The translations under genes and the position numbers were made by a program. Of a stretch of DNA of 64,000 bases, positions 13,637-26,274 are shown piece by piece. The notes under the pieces were generated by a model. The model was given only the letters and a program-made list of their open reading frames with translations, had not been told where the DNA came from and ran no database searches. This stretch comes from Lama glama (lineage: Eukaryota): the NCBI GenBank assembly GCA_028534125.1, contig CM052818.1, positions 8,186,001-8,250,000 on the forward strand, in the 5' to 3' direction. Every line of letters starts with the position of its first letter. The stretch's first letter is position 1.

Positions 13637-13974
13637 TTCTAACAGATTATTTTGGTTCTTCATTTGATGGATTTATTTCTATGCTTCAAAAGAAAAGCAT
13701 TTTTTAAAGCCTATCCATGACTTGCTAGAATAAACAATTAAGTGGAAATAAAACAATTAAGTGGAAATACTGCCATTTAAAATATTCTAATTCACTGTCT
13801 TTAGACCCTATTATTGTTGTAGTAGCTTCCAGTAGAAAACATCAGTTTTCAGTATAATTGGTTCCATTTATTGTTTTAAAATTTCCTATGCTAATAAATT
13901 TTAACAAAAGAAGCAATTAAGCTTGGCCACTTCCTAAATTACCTATTTTAGATGTGCATTAAGTATGTATATTC

Positions 13975-14600
13975 ATATTTTTTTAATTTTAAATTATTTC
14001 TTTGAATAATGAATATACACATCATTCAGAATTTAAAAGGTGTAGTTTATAGTGCAAAATTCTAACCTCAAGCCTGCTCTGTAATCACCCAGTTTAGTTT
14101 TTAGAAGCAAGTAATGTTACCAGTTATATGTGTATGTATATTATTTACAATTATATATGTGTATTAACCTGTATATTTTACAGGTTACATAATTTTTATA
14201 CTATGACCATTATGTTTTTAAAATACATATTTCTTTCTGATGACAAAAGTTAATTATACATAAGTGTTACATAAAAATTTGGAAAATAAAAGCTCTGTTT
14301 AATCCCAGCTACCATAAAAGAAATCTTAACATATTACATATTTTTCTAGCTTTCCCTTAACTTTGACATATCTTTAACAAAATATGATGGTCACTTATTA
14401 CTTCCTGTTTTAATATCTGCTGTTTAAAAAAATACAGTGAAATATTTTGGAAAGCTGTTTGTCAATATGTAAATTGATCCCTTCCTCTCTTTTTAACAGC
14501 TACATTATTCAACTCAGTTGTATGGATATACTATAATTTATTTAACCAATATCCTACTGCTGGGTATTTCAGTTATTCCCTGTTTTTATGAAAATCAGTG
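13975..14600 (-). mobile_element. Degraded old L1 (L1ME-like) 3' fragments
   Basis: Antisense motifs tgtatggatatactataatttatttaaccaatatcctact and tttttaacagctacattattc. Confidence 0.5.
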
Positions 14601-14821
14601 CTACCAGAGAATTCTGAAAAGATGGCATCAGTGTAGTGTCTGAATCTCCTTGAAACCCCTCTTAAGAACAGAAAGAGCAAAGAGGATAATAAACCCCAAA
14701 ATCCATGGACAACATCTACAACAAAATCTAGTGTTAACATGTTCTTAAGAACCCCAAAATGTAAGTGGGTTGGAAAAAATCACCAACAGCTACAAAATGT
14801 ACTAAAACTTTAATGGATTCA

Positions 14822-15456
14822 ATGGTGAATGTTGATGCAATGTAATTTCTGCCTAGTGCTCTGAATGTCAAAGTCAAGTCAGTGAAGTACAGGTAAATGG
14901 TGCGAGTAACTAGCATTCTCTTATGGTACCCAAATGCCTTGTCATCTAATTAGGGACATACATGAATGGATGAACAAGATTCCCACTGTCCCTACCTTCT
15001 GTCCAGTGAAACTACAGCCACGGGACAGGCTTTGCAGAGTCAGTGGGGAAATGAGACCTTGTTGAGCTTGACTCCAGTCTGACACAGTGAAGAGATTTAA
15101 GAGATGTGTAAGTGGGAGGTAACCTCCACCCACACCCTTGCAAAGGGGTGGACTGGAGCAGCCTTTTGTCCACCTGTGATACTACTACTTTTACTATTTT
15201 TTCACTGACCCAGTAAGGGGATTGAAGGGGGACTCCCAAAGGACTCTTGCTTCTGGCTGCAAGCACTCAGTCACACCAGCCAGGCATAACTCTAAGGGGA
15301 GCGCCAGGTAGGGAGTTGAACTGTTACTGTACACCTGTGAAACAATGTAGATATCCCAAGTCAAGCTCAGGGAGGACAGAAAGCTCCCATGGAGCAGAAG
15401 AGCAAAAGCTTCCCTGATCTTGATTTTCAGCATGAACACAGACTTTGAAAGCAGGG
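14822..15456 (+). pseudogene. 28S (LSU) rRNA-derived processed fragment, heavily diverged
   Basis: Collinear matches to conserved 28S: gtgctctgaatgtcaaagt, caaatgccttgtcatctaattag, catgaatggatgaacaagattcccactgtccctacc, tgttgagcttgactc, ttttttcactgaccc, gctcagggaggacagaaa, gatcttgattttcag. An A-rich simple-repeat tail follows to ~15503. Confidence 0.95.
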
Positions 15457-15848
15457 ACACACATACATACACAAATAATGATGATAATAATAACAACAAC
15501 AACTACTTCATGGGAGAAGCAGAGGAAAGATAAGGGACTCACGGTCCTGAGAGATGGAGAACTCAGGTACTACCTGGAAAATCTTCCATGGGCACTCTTA
15601 GGACAGCAGAAACTGGAGGGAATACAGAAGGCTCTAATTTGTGAATACAAGAGAACTGTGAGAAGTTATAGAGTTACTGGAATGGACCAGATTCTGGGTC
15701 CTCTAAATGCTTAAAACTAACAAATCAAAATACTCTTTCTAGATAAGTCCCCAAAATAAGGAGAAACAGTTGAGAGACGAGACCAAATTGAACATAACTG
15801 ACACAACAGGGCCATAGGAAAAAAGAGGTTGAAATTAAAGAGTATAGG

Positions 15849-16200
15849 TACTATGGTCTGATTGTGTCCCCTCAAAATTCATACATTGAAATCCTAACCC
15901 CTAACACAATAGTATTATAAGTGGGGCTTTTGGAAGGTGATTAGGGTATTGGGTAGAGCGATTAATGGGATTAGTGCCCTTGTAAAAGAGTGCAGAGAGA
16001 TCCCTCCCCCATGTCTGCCATGTGAGGAGACAGAAATTGGCAATCTGCAGCCCAGAAGAGGGCCTTCACCAGAACATGACCATGCTGGCACCTGGATCTC
16101 GGACTTCCAGCCTCCAGAACTATAAGAAATAAATTCTTTGCTGTTTATAAGCCACCTCATCTGTGGTATTCTGTTACAGCAACCCTAATGGACTAAGACA
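15849..16200 (+). mobile_element. MLT1A-type MaLR solo LTR
   Basis: Begins tactatggtctg...cccctcaaaattcat and ends gactaagaca, with internal ggacttccagcctccagaact. 5-bp TSD atagg/acagg. Confidence 0.92.
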
Positions 16201-16721
16201 ACAGGAGACCATAGTTTTGACTACTTGAACACAACAGACTCAGGTGCTCCAGATCTATGAAGATAAAAAAGTTATCTTGGCCCACCCTGCCTCATCAAAG
16301 TATAGAAAGACCAATTCTCATAAAAATGAATAGTAGTAAAAGACTGCAGTCAAATCTCATACAAAGCTACTTTTTAAAAACAATAAGGAACAGAATAATT
16401 TCCCTATGAACAGTGAAAGCACTGCAGAAAGACATGCACACGAACAGATGAAAACTGACCCTAATCTAATTAAATAAGTTTTAAATAAATTAATACAATG
16501 ATATAAGTTATAAAAGGCCATAAATCAGTATAAGAAATTCAAAACTGATTATAGAAGTAAAATGTTTCAGAGATGAAAGAACTAAGAAAATAACGAAATA
16601 AAAGGGAAAAATCATTTCAGAAATGTGAGAATGGTTATTATCAAAAAGACAAGAAATAAGTGTTGATGAGGATGTGGAGAAAAGGAAACCCTTGTGGACT
16701 GTTGGTAGGAGTGTAATTGGT

Positions 16722-17169
16722 TCTTTCACTGAAGTTTAGTTGACTTGCAATGTTGTGTTAGTTTCTGATGTGCAGCATAGTAATTCAATTACACATATTC
16801 TTCCTCATATTCTTTTTCACTATAGCTTATTACATACAAGATACTGAATATAGTTCCCTGTGCTATACAGTAGGACCTTGTTGTTAATCTGTTTTACATT
16901 TAATAGTCTGTATCTGCTGTAAACTCTTAAGTTATCCTTCCCTTCCCTTTCCCCTTTGGTAACCATAAGTTTGTTTTCTGTCTGTTGAGTCTCTTTCTGT
17001 TTTGTAAATAAGTTCATTTGTATCAATTTTTTTAGATCCCACATATAAGTGATATATGATATTTGCTTTCTCTGTCTGACTTACTTCACTTAGTATGATA
17101 CTCTCTAGGTCTGTCCATGTTGCTGCAAATGGCGTTATTTCATTCTTTTTTATGGCTGAGTAGAATTCC

Positions 17170-17207
<38 letters not shown>

Positions 17208-17400
17208 ACATCTTTATCCAATCATTTGTCAGTGGACATCTAGGTTGCTTCCATGTCTTGGCTATTGTAAATAGTGCAGCTATGAACATTGGGGTGTATG
17301 TATCTTCTCAAATTAGAATCTTCTCTGGATATATGCCTTGGAGTGGGATTGCTGGATCATATGGTAACTCTACTTTTAGTTTTTTAAGGACTCTGCATAT
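16722..17400 (-). mobile_element. Cetartiodactyl-type L1 3' end inserted in antisense
   Basis: gaatatagttccctgtgctatacagtagg and ccctttggtaaccataagtttgttttct are typical artiodactyl L1 3' UTR. ORF2 C-terminal peptide EFYSAIKKNEITPFAATWTDLESIILSEVSQ. Diverged ~22-bp TSD at 16700-16721 and 17401-17423. Confidence 0.9.
17172..17204. repeat. (TG)16 microsatellite
   Basis: Direct reading. Confidence 0.95.
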
Positions 17401-18724
17401 TGTTGGTGGGAATGTAAATTGTTGCAGCCACTATAGAAAACAATATAGAGGTTCCTCAAAAAATTAAAATAGAACACCTATATGATACAGCAATCCCACT
17501 TCTGGATATAAATCCAAAAAAACTGAAATCAGGATCTTGAAGAAATTTCACTCCCACATTCACTGAAGCATTATTCACAGTAGCCAAGCCACAGAAGTAA
17601 CCTATGTGTCCATCAACTGATGAATGGATGAAGAAAATGTGGCAAACACACAGATACGCACAATGGAGTATTATTCAGACATTAAAAAAAATGAAACCGT
17701 TCCATTTTTGACAAGATGGATGGATCTTGAGGGAATTATGCTATATGAAAAAAGTCAGAAAAAGACAAATAGCATTGGTCTCACTTATATGTGGAATCTA
17801 AAAATAAAAACTAAATAAAACACAGCAAGCTCATGGATATAGAGAAGAGATTGGTGGCTGCCTGAATTGGGGGTGGGTGTGGGCAAAATGGGTGAAAGGG
17901 GTCAAAAAGGTATACAATTTCCAACTATAAAAGTAGTAAGTCATGGGGATGTAATGTACAGCATGGTGACTATAGTTTGGTACTGCATACTTGAAATTAT
18001 GTAGGAGCTTGGATTGAGAAAGTTATAATCATAAGAAAAAAACTGTATGTATGCTGGAAAATGTTAACTGGATTTATTATGGTGATCATTCTGCAATATA
18101 TGCAAATATCAAATCATTATGTTATATACCTAATATAACATTATGTCAGTTATACTCAATAAAAAAGTATGTCTTGAATAAAACACTGAATCTGAAAAAA
18201 AAAGGGGAGGAAGAGATAAAAAGAACTCGAGAAACTATTAGATATAAACAGTAGGCAAAGAAGATCCAACGTATGTATAATAGGAGTTCCTGAAGAAAAA
18301 CCAAATACAACAGAATAATGTAAAACTCTTAAAAAAAAAAAAAAAACAACTTTCCTGAAATAAAAAAGACTTCATACTAAAACTTAAAATGTATATCATA
18401 TAGTTGGGAAAATCAGCCCATTTTGCCCAATATCAAGACATTCTAATGAAATTCTTGGACTCTAGAGAAAACAGGCAAAATCCTTTGGGCATTAGATGAT
18501 TACTTTTTGATAGCAACTATTTACTCCAAAACACATATTAGTATATTTGAGACACTCAAGAAAAGAAAATATGAACCAGATTTTAAATTCAACCAAAGCA
18601 ATCTATTATTCCCATGAGCCATTCCTGGGAAATCTAATAGAGAAAGAGATTCAGACAACCAAAATAAATGAAGACAGCTACATAAGGACCAGGTGAGCAT
18701 TATAAAATATATCTACCTAGAGAA

Positions 18725-18992
18725 CTAAGTGATGAACCAGTCACAAAGGACAAATGATTCTGCTCCTATGAAGTATCAAAAGTATACCAACAGAATATAG
18801 AAAGGTGGTAGGTAAGGCAGATGGTAGGGGATTGTGTCTAATGGACATAAAGTTTCAATTTTGTTAGATGAAAAGGTCTAGAAACCTGTTGCAGAACAAT
18901 GTGACTATAGTTAACACTACTGAACTGTATACTTAAGAATATTTAAGATGAAAAAGTTTAAATGCATTTTTACCACAATTTTTTTTTAAAAA
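18725..18992 (+). mobile_element. L1MB-like 3' end fragment
   Basis: agtttcaattttgttagatgaaaag...aacactactgaactgtatactta...ttttaccacaatttt. Confidence 0.75.
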
Positions 18993-20218
18993 ATGACCAT
19001 TATACGGGAGAGAATGGCATAAAACAGTGTAATTATACCAAAAAAAATGTGGAGAGAACAAAAACGGTAGAATAAGTACACTGATTGCTTTATAGATAGT
19101 GGCTGGAAGTAAAAGGGATACTACTTCAAACGTCACATTGGAGAAGGATAAACAAGAAAATGGGCTAGTAGCTAATTCCAGTATTACAGTAGGGAGCCAA
19201 CAGACAATGGTTCCCTTTTTTAGGTGTCAGGGGTATTACATAAAGGTACAGACATAATATAGACATAAATGTAACTATCAGAATAAATTCAAACCTTCCT
19301 AAATATTAGAAGTTTATATGTACACATTAAATGATGCAGGTATCAGACTGTGTATGTGTGTGTACAATGAAACTATGACAAATCAGAGGCCAAACATAAA
19401 GATATCAATAAATATAAACTAATTTATCTCATTTATTAAAAAAAAACAGTTCAGATTATCAAGCAAAGCCAAGTCAAGCACAAAGCTGCATGCAGAATAG
19501 ATACACATGATCTCACTTTCTCAGGGAGGGATGAAGGAAGAGGGAGAGATTTTCAGGAAGGTTAAAAATAAAAGGATAAACAAAGATGTGGACAAATGCA
19601 ATTAAAAGAAATGAGAAGTCAAAAAAAAAGAAAAAGAAAGAAATGAGAAATCACACTCTTGATATCATAAGGGAGAATTCAGACCAAAAAGAGAGAGAGG
19701 AGGACACTTCATACTGCTAAAACATGCAGTTCACAATGAAAATACAAGAGTTATGGAAATTCTAACCACACAGCAGCTCTCATCAAATAAATTACAAGAG
19801 ATGCAAGGAGAGACAAAGAGAACTGCTCTATCAAAAGAGACTTCAATATAGCTCTCTCAATGCAAGAAAGATCAAGTGGACAAAAACTTAAGACCTAAAC
19901 AGCATATCAGTGAATTTAATCTTTTACATCCATGATAAACTCTGAACTCTGATAATGGAGGATACACCTTTTTGTAAATGCTCACAGAAACATTCAGGAA
20001 AACAGCCATATCTTAGACTACAAAGAAAATGTCAATAAACCTGTAAATTGGAAAGAACAGAAATAATATGGAAAATAAAACTTTTCTGAAAGCAGCAAAA
20101 TGAGGAATAATAAAATAAAAATTAAAAGGCCTGTAACTTGGAAACTTAAAAACACAGTATTGAATAATTCTTAGATCAAGTTAAATTGCAAATTTTTTTA
20201 AAAATAAAAATAAAGAGT

Positions 20219-20360
20219 GGGGAGGGTAGAGCTCAGTGGTAGAGCATGTGCTTAGCAAACACAAGGTCCTAAGTTCAATCTCCAGTACCTCCATTAAAAA
20301 AATAAATAAGTAAACCTAATTACCCCCCCAAAAAAACCCAAAACAAAAATAATTAATATA
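20219..20360 (+). mobile_element. Camelid tRNA-derived SINE (Vic-1 type), long form
   Basis: ggggagggtagagctcagtggtagagcatgtgcttagc...agttcaatctccagtacctcca, an A-rich linker, taaacctaattaccccccc and an A tail. Confidence 0.9.
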
Positions 20361-21799
20361 AAGAAATAATGAAAATCTAATATATCATAATCTTTGAGTT
20401 ACCAGAAGGAAATGTATAGCATTTAATACTTATATTGAAAAATGAAATTTAAAAAAGACATAACTTAAAAAGCTAAAAAACAAGAAAGCAAAACCTCCCA
20501 CTCAAAAAAAAAAAAAGAAAAGGCTTAATAAAATAAAAGCAGAAATTAATGCTAGGATTTCTAGCTTTCAGTTTCTAGAAATTGAAGTTCAAAAACAAAG
20601 TCAATAGAACTACTACATCTAAAATTTAGTCATTTGAAAAAAATCAACATAAATCAGTAGCTGACCTAATCAATGGGAAAAGGAATTAAATACAAACACA
20701 CAAAATCAGGAAATGACAAATATGGAATAATTATCAAGACAGGAAATTTAAAGTACCATAAGAGACTATTTTATATAACTATGCAAATAAATTTGAAGTC
20801 TTATTCAAATGGATAATTTCTAAGAAAACCACAATCTGCAAGGCTAGCATCAAGTCTTAGATGGCAAGTTACCTTAGAAGAAAATGGAAGAATTAAAGTT
20901 CTCTCCCTACAGCAAAACTCCTGGCTCAGGCAGTTTAATAGGGAAATTCTACCGAACTTATAAATATCAGATTATTCCAATGGCCCTTAAACTTTCCTAG
21001 ATCATTTAAAAATGAGGAAACTTTCAAAATTCTTGTCATGAGGAAAGTAAACCATTGATTTTAACCTATCAAAGACTATACTGCAGAACATTCTCACAAA
21101 TATCATTCTAACTCTTAAATGAGATGTTAGGAAATAGAATTCAGAGGCACATTAAAAAAAGAAGTCATGACCAAGTGTGTTTTATTCCCCTTTGCAAGAA
21201 TGGTTTGTGTCAGGAAATACATTTATTCATCATATTCATGAAGCTAACTAATAAAAACATATGATCACTTCCATAGACAAAGTAAAAGCATTTGACAAAA
21301 TCATTTTCCCCAAGTAAACTAACAAATTTAGCACTATGCATATAAAAATACCATCACACTTTCTCCTGAGGTTAACACATTAATTGTAAAATTATTTTAT
21401 AAAGATGAATAAACAAAGAAGCCAGGAAAATCCTACAAAAGAACAATGAGAAGGAGCTGGCCCCACAGACTTTTAAACATACTATAAAGACTCTATAATT
21501 AAAAGTATTATATTGGTATCCCAACAGAACAGGGTAGACAATCCATATGGGAATTTAGTATATGATAAAGGCAGCTCAAATCAGTGAAGAAAAGATTAAC
21601 TTCAACTTTCTAGTAAGTGTGGTCTCTATAACTGACTATATTAGTTTTGAATTTTAGTGATAAAATTGGATTCACTCCTTACACTGTAATAAATTACAGA
21701 AGAATGAGAGATTTAAATGTAAAGCATTTAAATACTTGAAGAAAACATGGGTGAAGTCTAGTATGAAAGCTGGGAATGGGGGAAACTTTCCTAAAATTG

Positions 21800-22373
21800 A
21801 GTGGTAGGCAAAAAGGGTCTCCTAAAGATGTCCATATCTGAATCCCTAGATCCAACGAATATGCTATGTTAAATGGCAAAAGTAGACTTTGCAAATGTAA
21901 TTACAGTTGCATGGAGATTATCCAGGTGGGCTCAGCCTATCAGATGAGCCAGGAAGATGTGGCAGTAGAGAAGGTCAGAAAGATTTGACTTGTGAGAGAG
22001 GCTTGGCTTTCTGTTGCTGGGTCCACATGGGAAGCCCGCAAAGGAATACAGGCATCCTCTAGGAGCAAAAATGGTCCTTGCTGACAGCCAGTAAGGAAGG
22101 GGTTGAGACCTCAGTGCTATAACCTCAAGGAACTGAATTTAGCTAACAGCCAGAATGAGTTTGGGAGAAGAATCTTCTCTACAGAACCACCAGACAACAG
22201 CTTAGCCCAGCAACAACTTTATTTCAACCTTGCAGGGTCCTGAGGAAGGGGCCCAACCAAGATACACTGTACCTGGACTTCTGACCCACAGAACAGTGAG
22301 ATAATAGATGGGTGTTGATATCAGCTGCTAGATTTGTGGTAGTTGGTTGTGGCGGTAATAGAAAATCAACATA
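21800..22373 (+). mobile_element. MLT1D/E-type MaLR solo LTR
   Basis: gtggtaggca...aaagatgtccat...atggcaaaag...actttgca; ggagattatcc; end tttgtggtagttggtt...aatagaaaatcaacata. Confidence 0.85.
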
Positions 22374-23025
22374 TCATGTTTCAAAGTCTAGAAGTACAAA
22401 GGGAAAAGAATAATAAATGTGTTAACCTACAATTAAAATACAGGCCAAAAAAAAAACCCATAGTAAGCAAAATTTTAAAATGTAATTAACAGGAAAATAT
22501 TTGCAGCTTACATGAATAAAACTTTACTAGCTCTAATATATAAAGAGCTTCTAAAAATAGAGAAGAAAAGACCCACAGTCTTAAAGGAAAATGGGCCAAA
22601 GATGAACAGAGTTCACAGCAAATTACAACTACCCTGAGATATTTTTCACCCATTGGATTCCAAAAGTCTGACAACACATTTTCTTGGCAAGGCTGTAAGG
22701 ACACATTCTCAAACAATACCACTGGGAGAACAAAACTATATAAAGCCTGTATAAGAGAATTTGGCAATATCTAATAAAACTATAAAGTTGACCTTTGACC
22801 CAGAAATCCCACTTCTAGAAATCTAACCCAAAGATACCTTGGTCAAAACAGAAAAAAAAAATTATATATACATGGAAAGATGAATACTTAAAGCTATTTA
22901 TTATAGCACTATTTATGATAACAAAAGACAGACTGGATAGAGTCTAAATATCCATTAAAAGGAGGCTTGTTGAATACACTATACTATATCCACATAATGG
23001 AAAACTGTGCAGCTACAGAAAGGAG

Positions 23026-23032
<7 letters not shown>

Positions 23033-23056
<24 letters not shown>
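23033..23056. repeat. (TA)12 microsatellite
   Basis: Direct reading. Confidence 0.9.
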
Positions 23057-23057
<1 letters not shown>

Positions 23058-26000
23058 GTAAAATACACCCACACACAATAGAGTGATCTTCAGGATCTAC
23101 TGTGGGGAAAAAAGAACAAGGTGGGCAAAAGGTATGCTACTTTATCTAAGTATATTTTTGCTTAAATTTTAATAGAAGGATGACTATTAATTCTCACAAT
23201 AGTTACAGAGAGAGAAGAAGGAACTAAGAAAAAGGGAATAGGTGTAGTACTTAGACTTCTTTGATTATGCCCCGCATTACAGATTGGATTTTGGAGCCAA
23301 GTAACTTTACATAATTCTAAAACAAAATTGGCTTTAAAAAAGTGATTCTAAAAATGAAACAAAGCTAACTATGTATCCAGTCATCACTATAACAACACAG
23401 GAATTATTCCAAGTGACTTTTAAAAGTACAGTATTTATAACTGTACATCCCAAATGGGTATACCCTAAGGACAAAAAGATCCCTTTTAAAAACTTTCAGT
23501 ATTTTTAGTCATATTATCAGAGGCAGTATCATTGGTAATAAGATTCCAAGAGTCACATATGTGGTGCAGGATAAAATGAACAGTTATGTGAATATTATTA
23601 AAAACTAGAATGTTCAACATAGGAGAATGGAGATATAAATGTAGTAACATTGATGAAAAAAAATCACTGTAGACCTGAATTTGAATTGGCAATACCAGTA
23701 TAAACTAATGATGTAGTTTGTAATTTTAAAAATTTAAAAATCAAACAAAACCTTTATCCTAGCTGTATCACTGAAAGGACATAAAGAAAATGACCATTCC
23801 TAAAACAAAGGCACTGCTAGTGCCAGATTGTGATCTTAAATACCATTTTTTCCAATAAATATGAATGAGAACTCCTTGGCAAAAAACTATTTTCTGGTCT
23901 GCAGCAGAAATTGCTTAAGATGATCCTGGAACATTTTTTCAGAGCAGAAAGCAAGGAACTAATCAATGATTAATGGTAGGGTCATGTTGAAAAGACATAG
24001 GAACTAATGTGGACAGAGTTCCACTGGCTCAGAATGAGACAATTTAAGCATCACTAAGGATTATCACTGCAATGAATCAAAACAGCAAATATTATATTTC
24101 AAATGATAAAATTTAAATGTTATCATTTTTGCAAACTCATGAATTAACGGAATACACAATGACCATCCCTGACCACCAATCTTACAAAAAGAGAGAACCA
24201 GAGTTGTATACTTTTTGATGGAACGGCATAACATTATGCGTAAAGTCTTAATCTCCCTCCCCTCTGAAAAAATAAATAACCTCAGTCTAATCAAGTACTA
24301 ATTTACAGGGGTCAGAAGAACATGTTAAATAACCAAGATTCAATCAACAAAATCCAGATTGTGGGAAACTCTGTAAGACAAATGACCCAAAGTTTTTAAA
24401 TGTGCAAGAAGGGGAAATAATTAGTTTATAGATTAAAAGAGTCCTTCAGAAATTTATTAACTAAACTCAATTTGTGGACCTAAACTCAATTTGTGGACCT
24501 TGCTTGGCTGTTAATTCAAGCATACAAACTTAAAATGTATATATAATAACCAGCTAACCAGGGGAAAAACTGGATAATTAATGATTTTGTTTTGGGAGGG
24601 GTGTAATGATGGGATTGTGTTATGTTTAAAAAGTGGAAGAGCTTACCTTTTAAGGGGTACTTTATAAAATATTTCAAATAAAATGATCTGTCCAGGATTT
24701 GCTTCAAAATAATCCAGGGGGCAGGGTGTGGAAGTGGTTGGGGATGTAGAGGAAAGAAGATTGACCATAAAATGGTGAGTGCCGAATGGTGGACAACTAG
24801 CTTAGAGGTTCATTGTATGCTGTTCTCTCTGGTTTCAGACAGGTTGAAATTCCATAATAAAATGTTACAAGCTGGCCTAAGTATCTTTGAAAATACCTTT
24901 GTGCACATTATGTTAGCATTTATACAGGAAACATAAACAGAACAAATTTCAAGATAGAGAATTTCTAGGCCAGAAAGAGTATAAATACTTTTGTATGTAA
25001 TGCCTAATTTCCCATTAAAGTGTTTGTTTACCAACAAGATACAATCAGCAATATACAAGATGCCCATTTCTAAAGCCCTCATCAACATTCTGAAGAGTTA
25101 AGTGACCAGCCCAAAATCAGATGGCATGGCCCAGAATAAAACTCATAAAATGATCAGTAATTATATTGCCTAAGTTAGTAGTTTACTAATTGGAACAGTT
25201 TTTAAATTTGTATATATAAGATTTCAAATAAAAGGCCCATCAGCCTTGGCCTCCTTTACCAGTTATTTTATTTAAATCTTATTAGTTATGAGTTAATAAA
25301 AGTTTAGAGAATAGATGAAAATAAGGTTCCGTTAATATTAACTCAAAAATAAGAGTAAAAAATCCTTGAAATCTAAATACTATTATTAAATCATTTAGTA
25401 AACTGCGGTTAAACAAGACTTTAACTTTACGTATTTCCTAGCCCTCATATTTAACTGTAAAATTACCATACAGTTTTGAGGAAATGAATAGAAATAGAAT
25501 AATGCTAACTAGTATCATCACTAAATTTCAATTGTAGAAAATCAATTAACTGATTAACAATACACAATAAACACACTTACTGATTCTTGATATTCACTAC
25601 AATTTCCAACCTAGGACAAACAATGAAAAATGAAATTCAATCTTTTTAAATAAGATTTCTTCTCCCACCAAATCACTCTGGAATCAACTGTTTCAAGCAT
25701 CTGCTTTTCTGTATGATATACTTTGATAACATATATGTACACTGAAACTCAACACATCAATCAATATATAGTAATGATAACTGAACATAAAATTCTTATA
25801 AAGTACTTTAATCTGATACATTAATATCTCCCCAAAGGATGAATAATTATTACTTACTTTGATTGAGGATATCAATTTATATCAAAGGTCTCAAAGGATG
25901 ACAAGGTAAAACCCAACGTTAAAGACAAACTTTCAGTCATAAAGTATTATGATAACACATTATTAACAATATGCTTATTTTTCCTATTTGTGCTCATATT

Positions 26001-26168
26001 TTCCTAATGAAAACAGAACTGTAACAAAATAAATGCTGCATTTCTTACACTGGAGGGCATGACTTTCATACAGATCATATCAACACTTTGAAATGGTTGA
26101 TAACAATTGTGTAGGGTCTCATAACATTAAACCTAAAGGGTAAGTTGCCTATGCTCATGTCTTCTAAC

Positions 26169-26274
26169 CTTTCTGGCTCTTCTTTCCTGCTTTCTTACTT
26201 TTGATAAGCTGTTGATACTTCTTGATCCTAACACTTCTCACATTATTATCTTAGTGTCTTGCCTTTTTCCAGTT
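26169..26274 (-). other. Candidate exon (106 nt, or the start of a terminal exon)
   Basis: The minus strand reads atttttctattttttag|AACTGGAAAAAGGC...GCCAGAAAG|gttaga. It is purine-rich and unique, and all frames stop early (LEKGKTLR*, NWKKARH*, TGKRQDTKIIM*). Confidence 0.35.

Larger units (their letters stand above)
16622..18166 (+). mobile_element. L1MA9-like 3' fragment, split by an inverted L1
   Basis: tgtgagaatggttattatcaaaaagacaagaaat...gaggatgtggagaaaagg resumes at 17401. The 3' UTR is of the same type as at 9500-9880 and ends ctcaataaaaaa. Confidence 0.88.
14605..24870 (+). mobile_element. Ancient near-full-length L1 (L1MC/L1ME grade) with multiple nested insertions
   Basis: Collinear remnants in order: 5' end (aagatggc at ~14620), ORF1-like 16300-18700, ORF2-like 19400-21780 (aaaagcatttgacaaaat), late ORF2 22400-23000, and a long 3' UTR ending tgaaattccataataaaatg. 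Confidence 0.65.

Noticed and set aside
14822..15456. Functional rRNA gene or R2-element insertion
   Set aside because: It is a partial, indel-ridden and CpG-decayed fragment with no rDNA context. The R2 target region is uninterrupted.
14800..15515. TSD around the 28S fragment (aaaactttaatgg / aactacttcatgg)
   Set aside because: The similarity is too weak in AT-rich sequence to call.
14942..15714. Cluster of overlapping ORFs
   Set aside because: They arise from the relatively GC-rich 28S-derived sequence and simple repeats.
20219..20292. tRNA gene (also 11225-11298 and 36775-36850)
   Set aside because: A and B boxes are present, but the copies have A-rich tails, a TSD in one case and broken stems, so they are SINEs.
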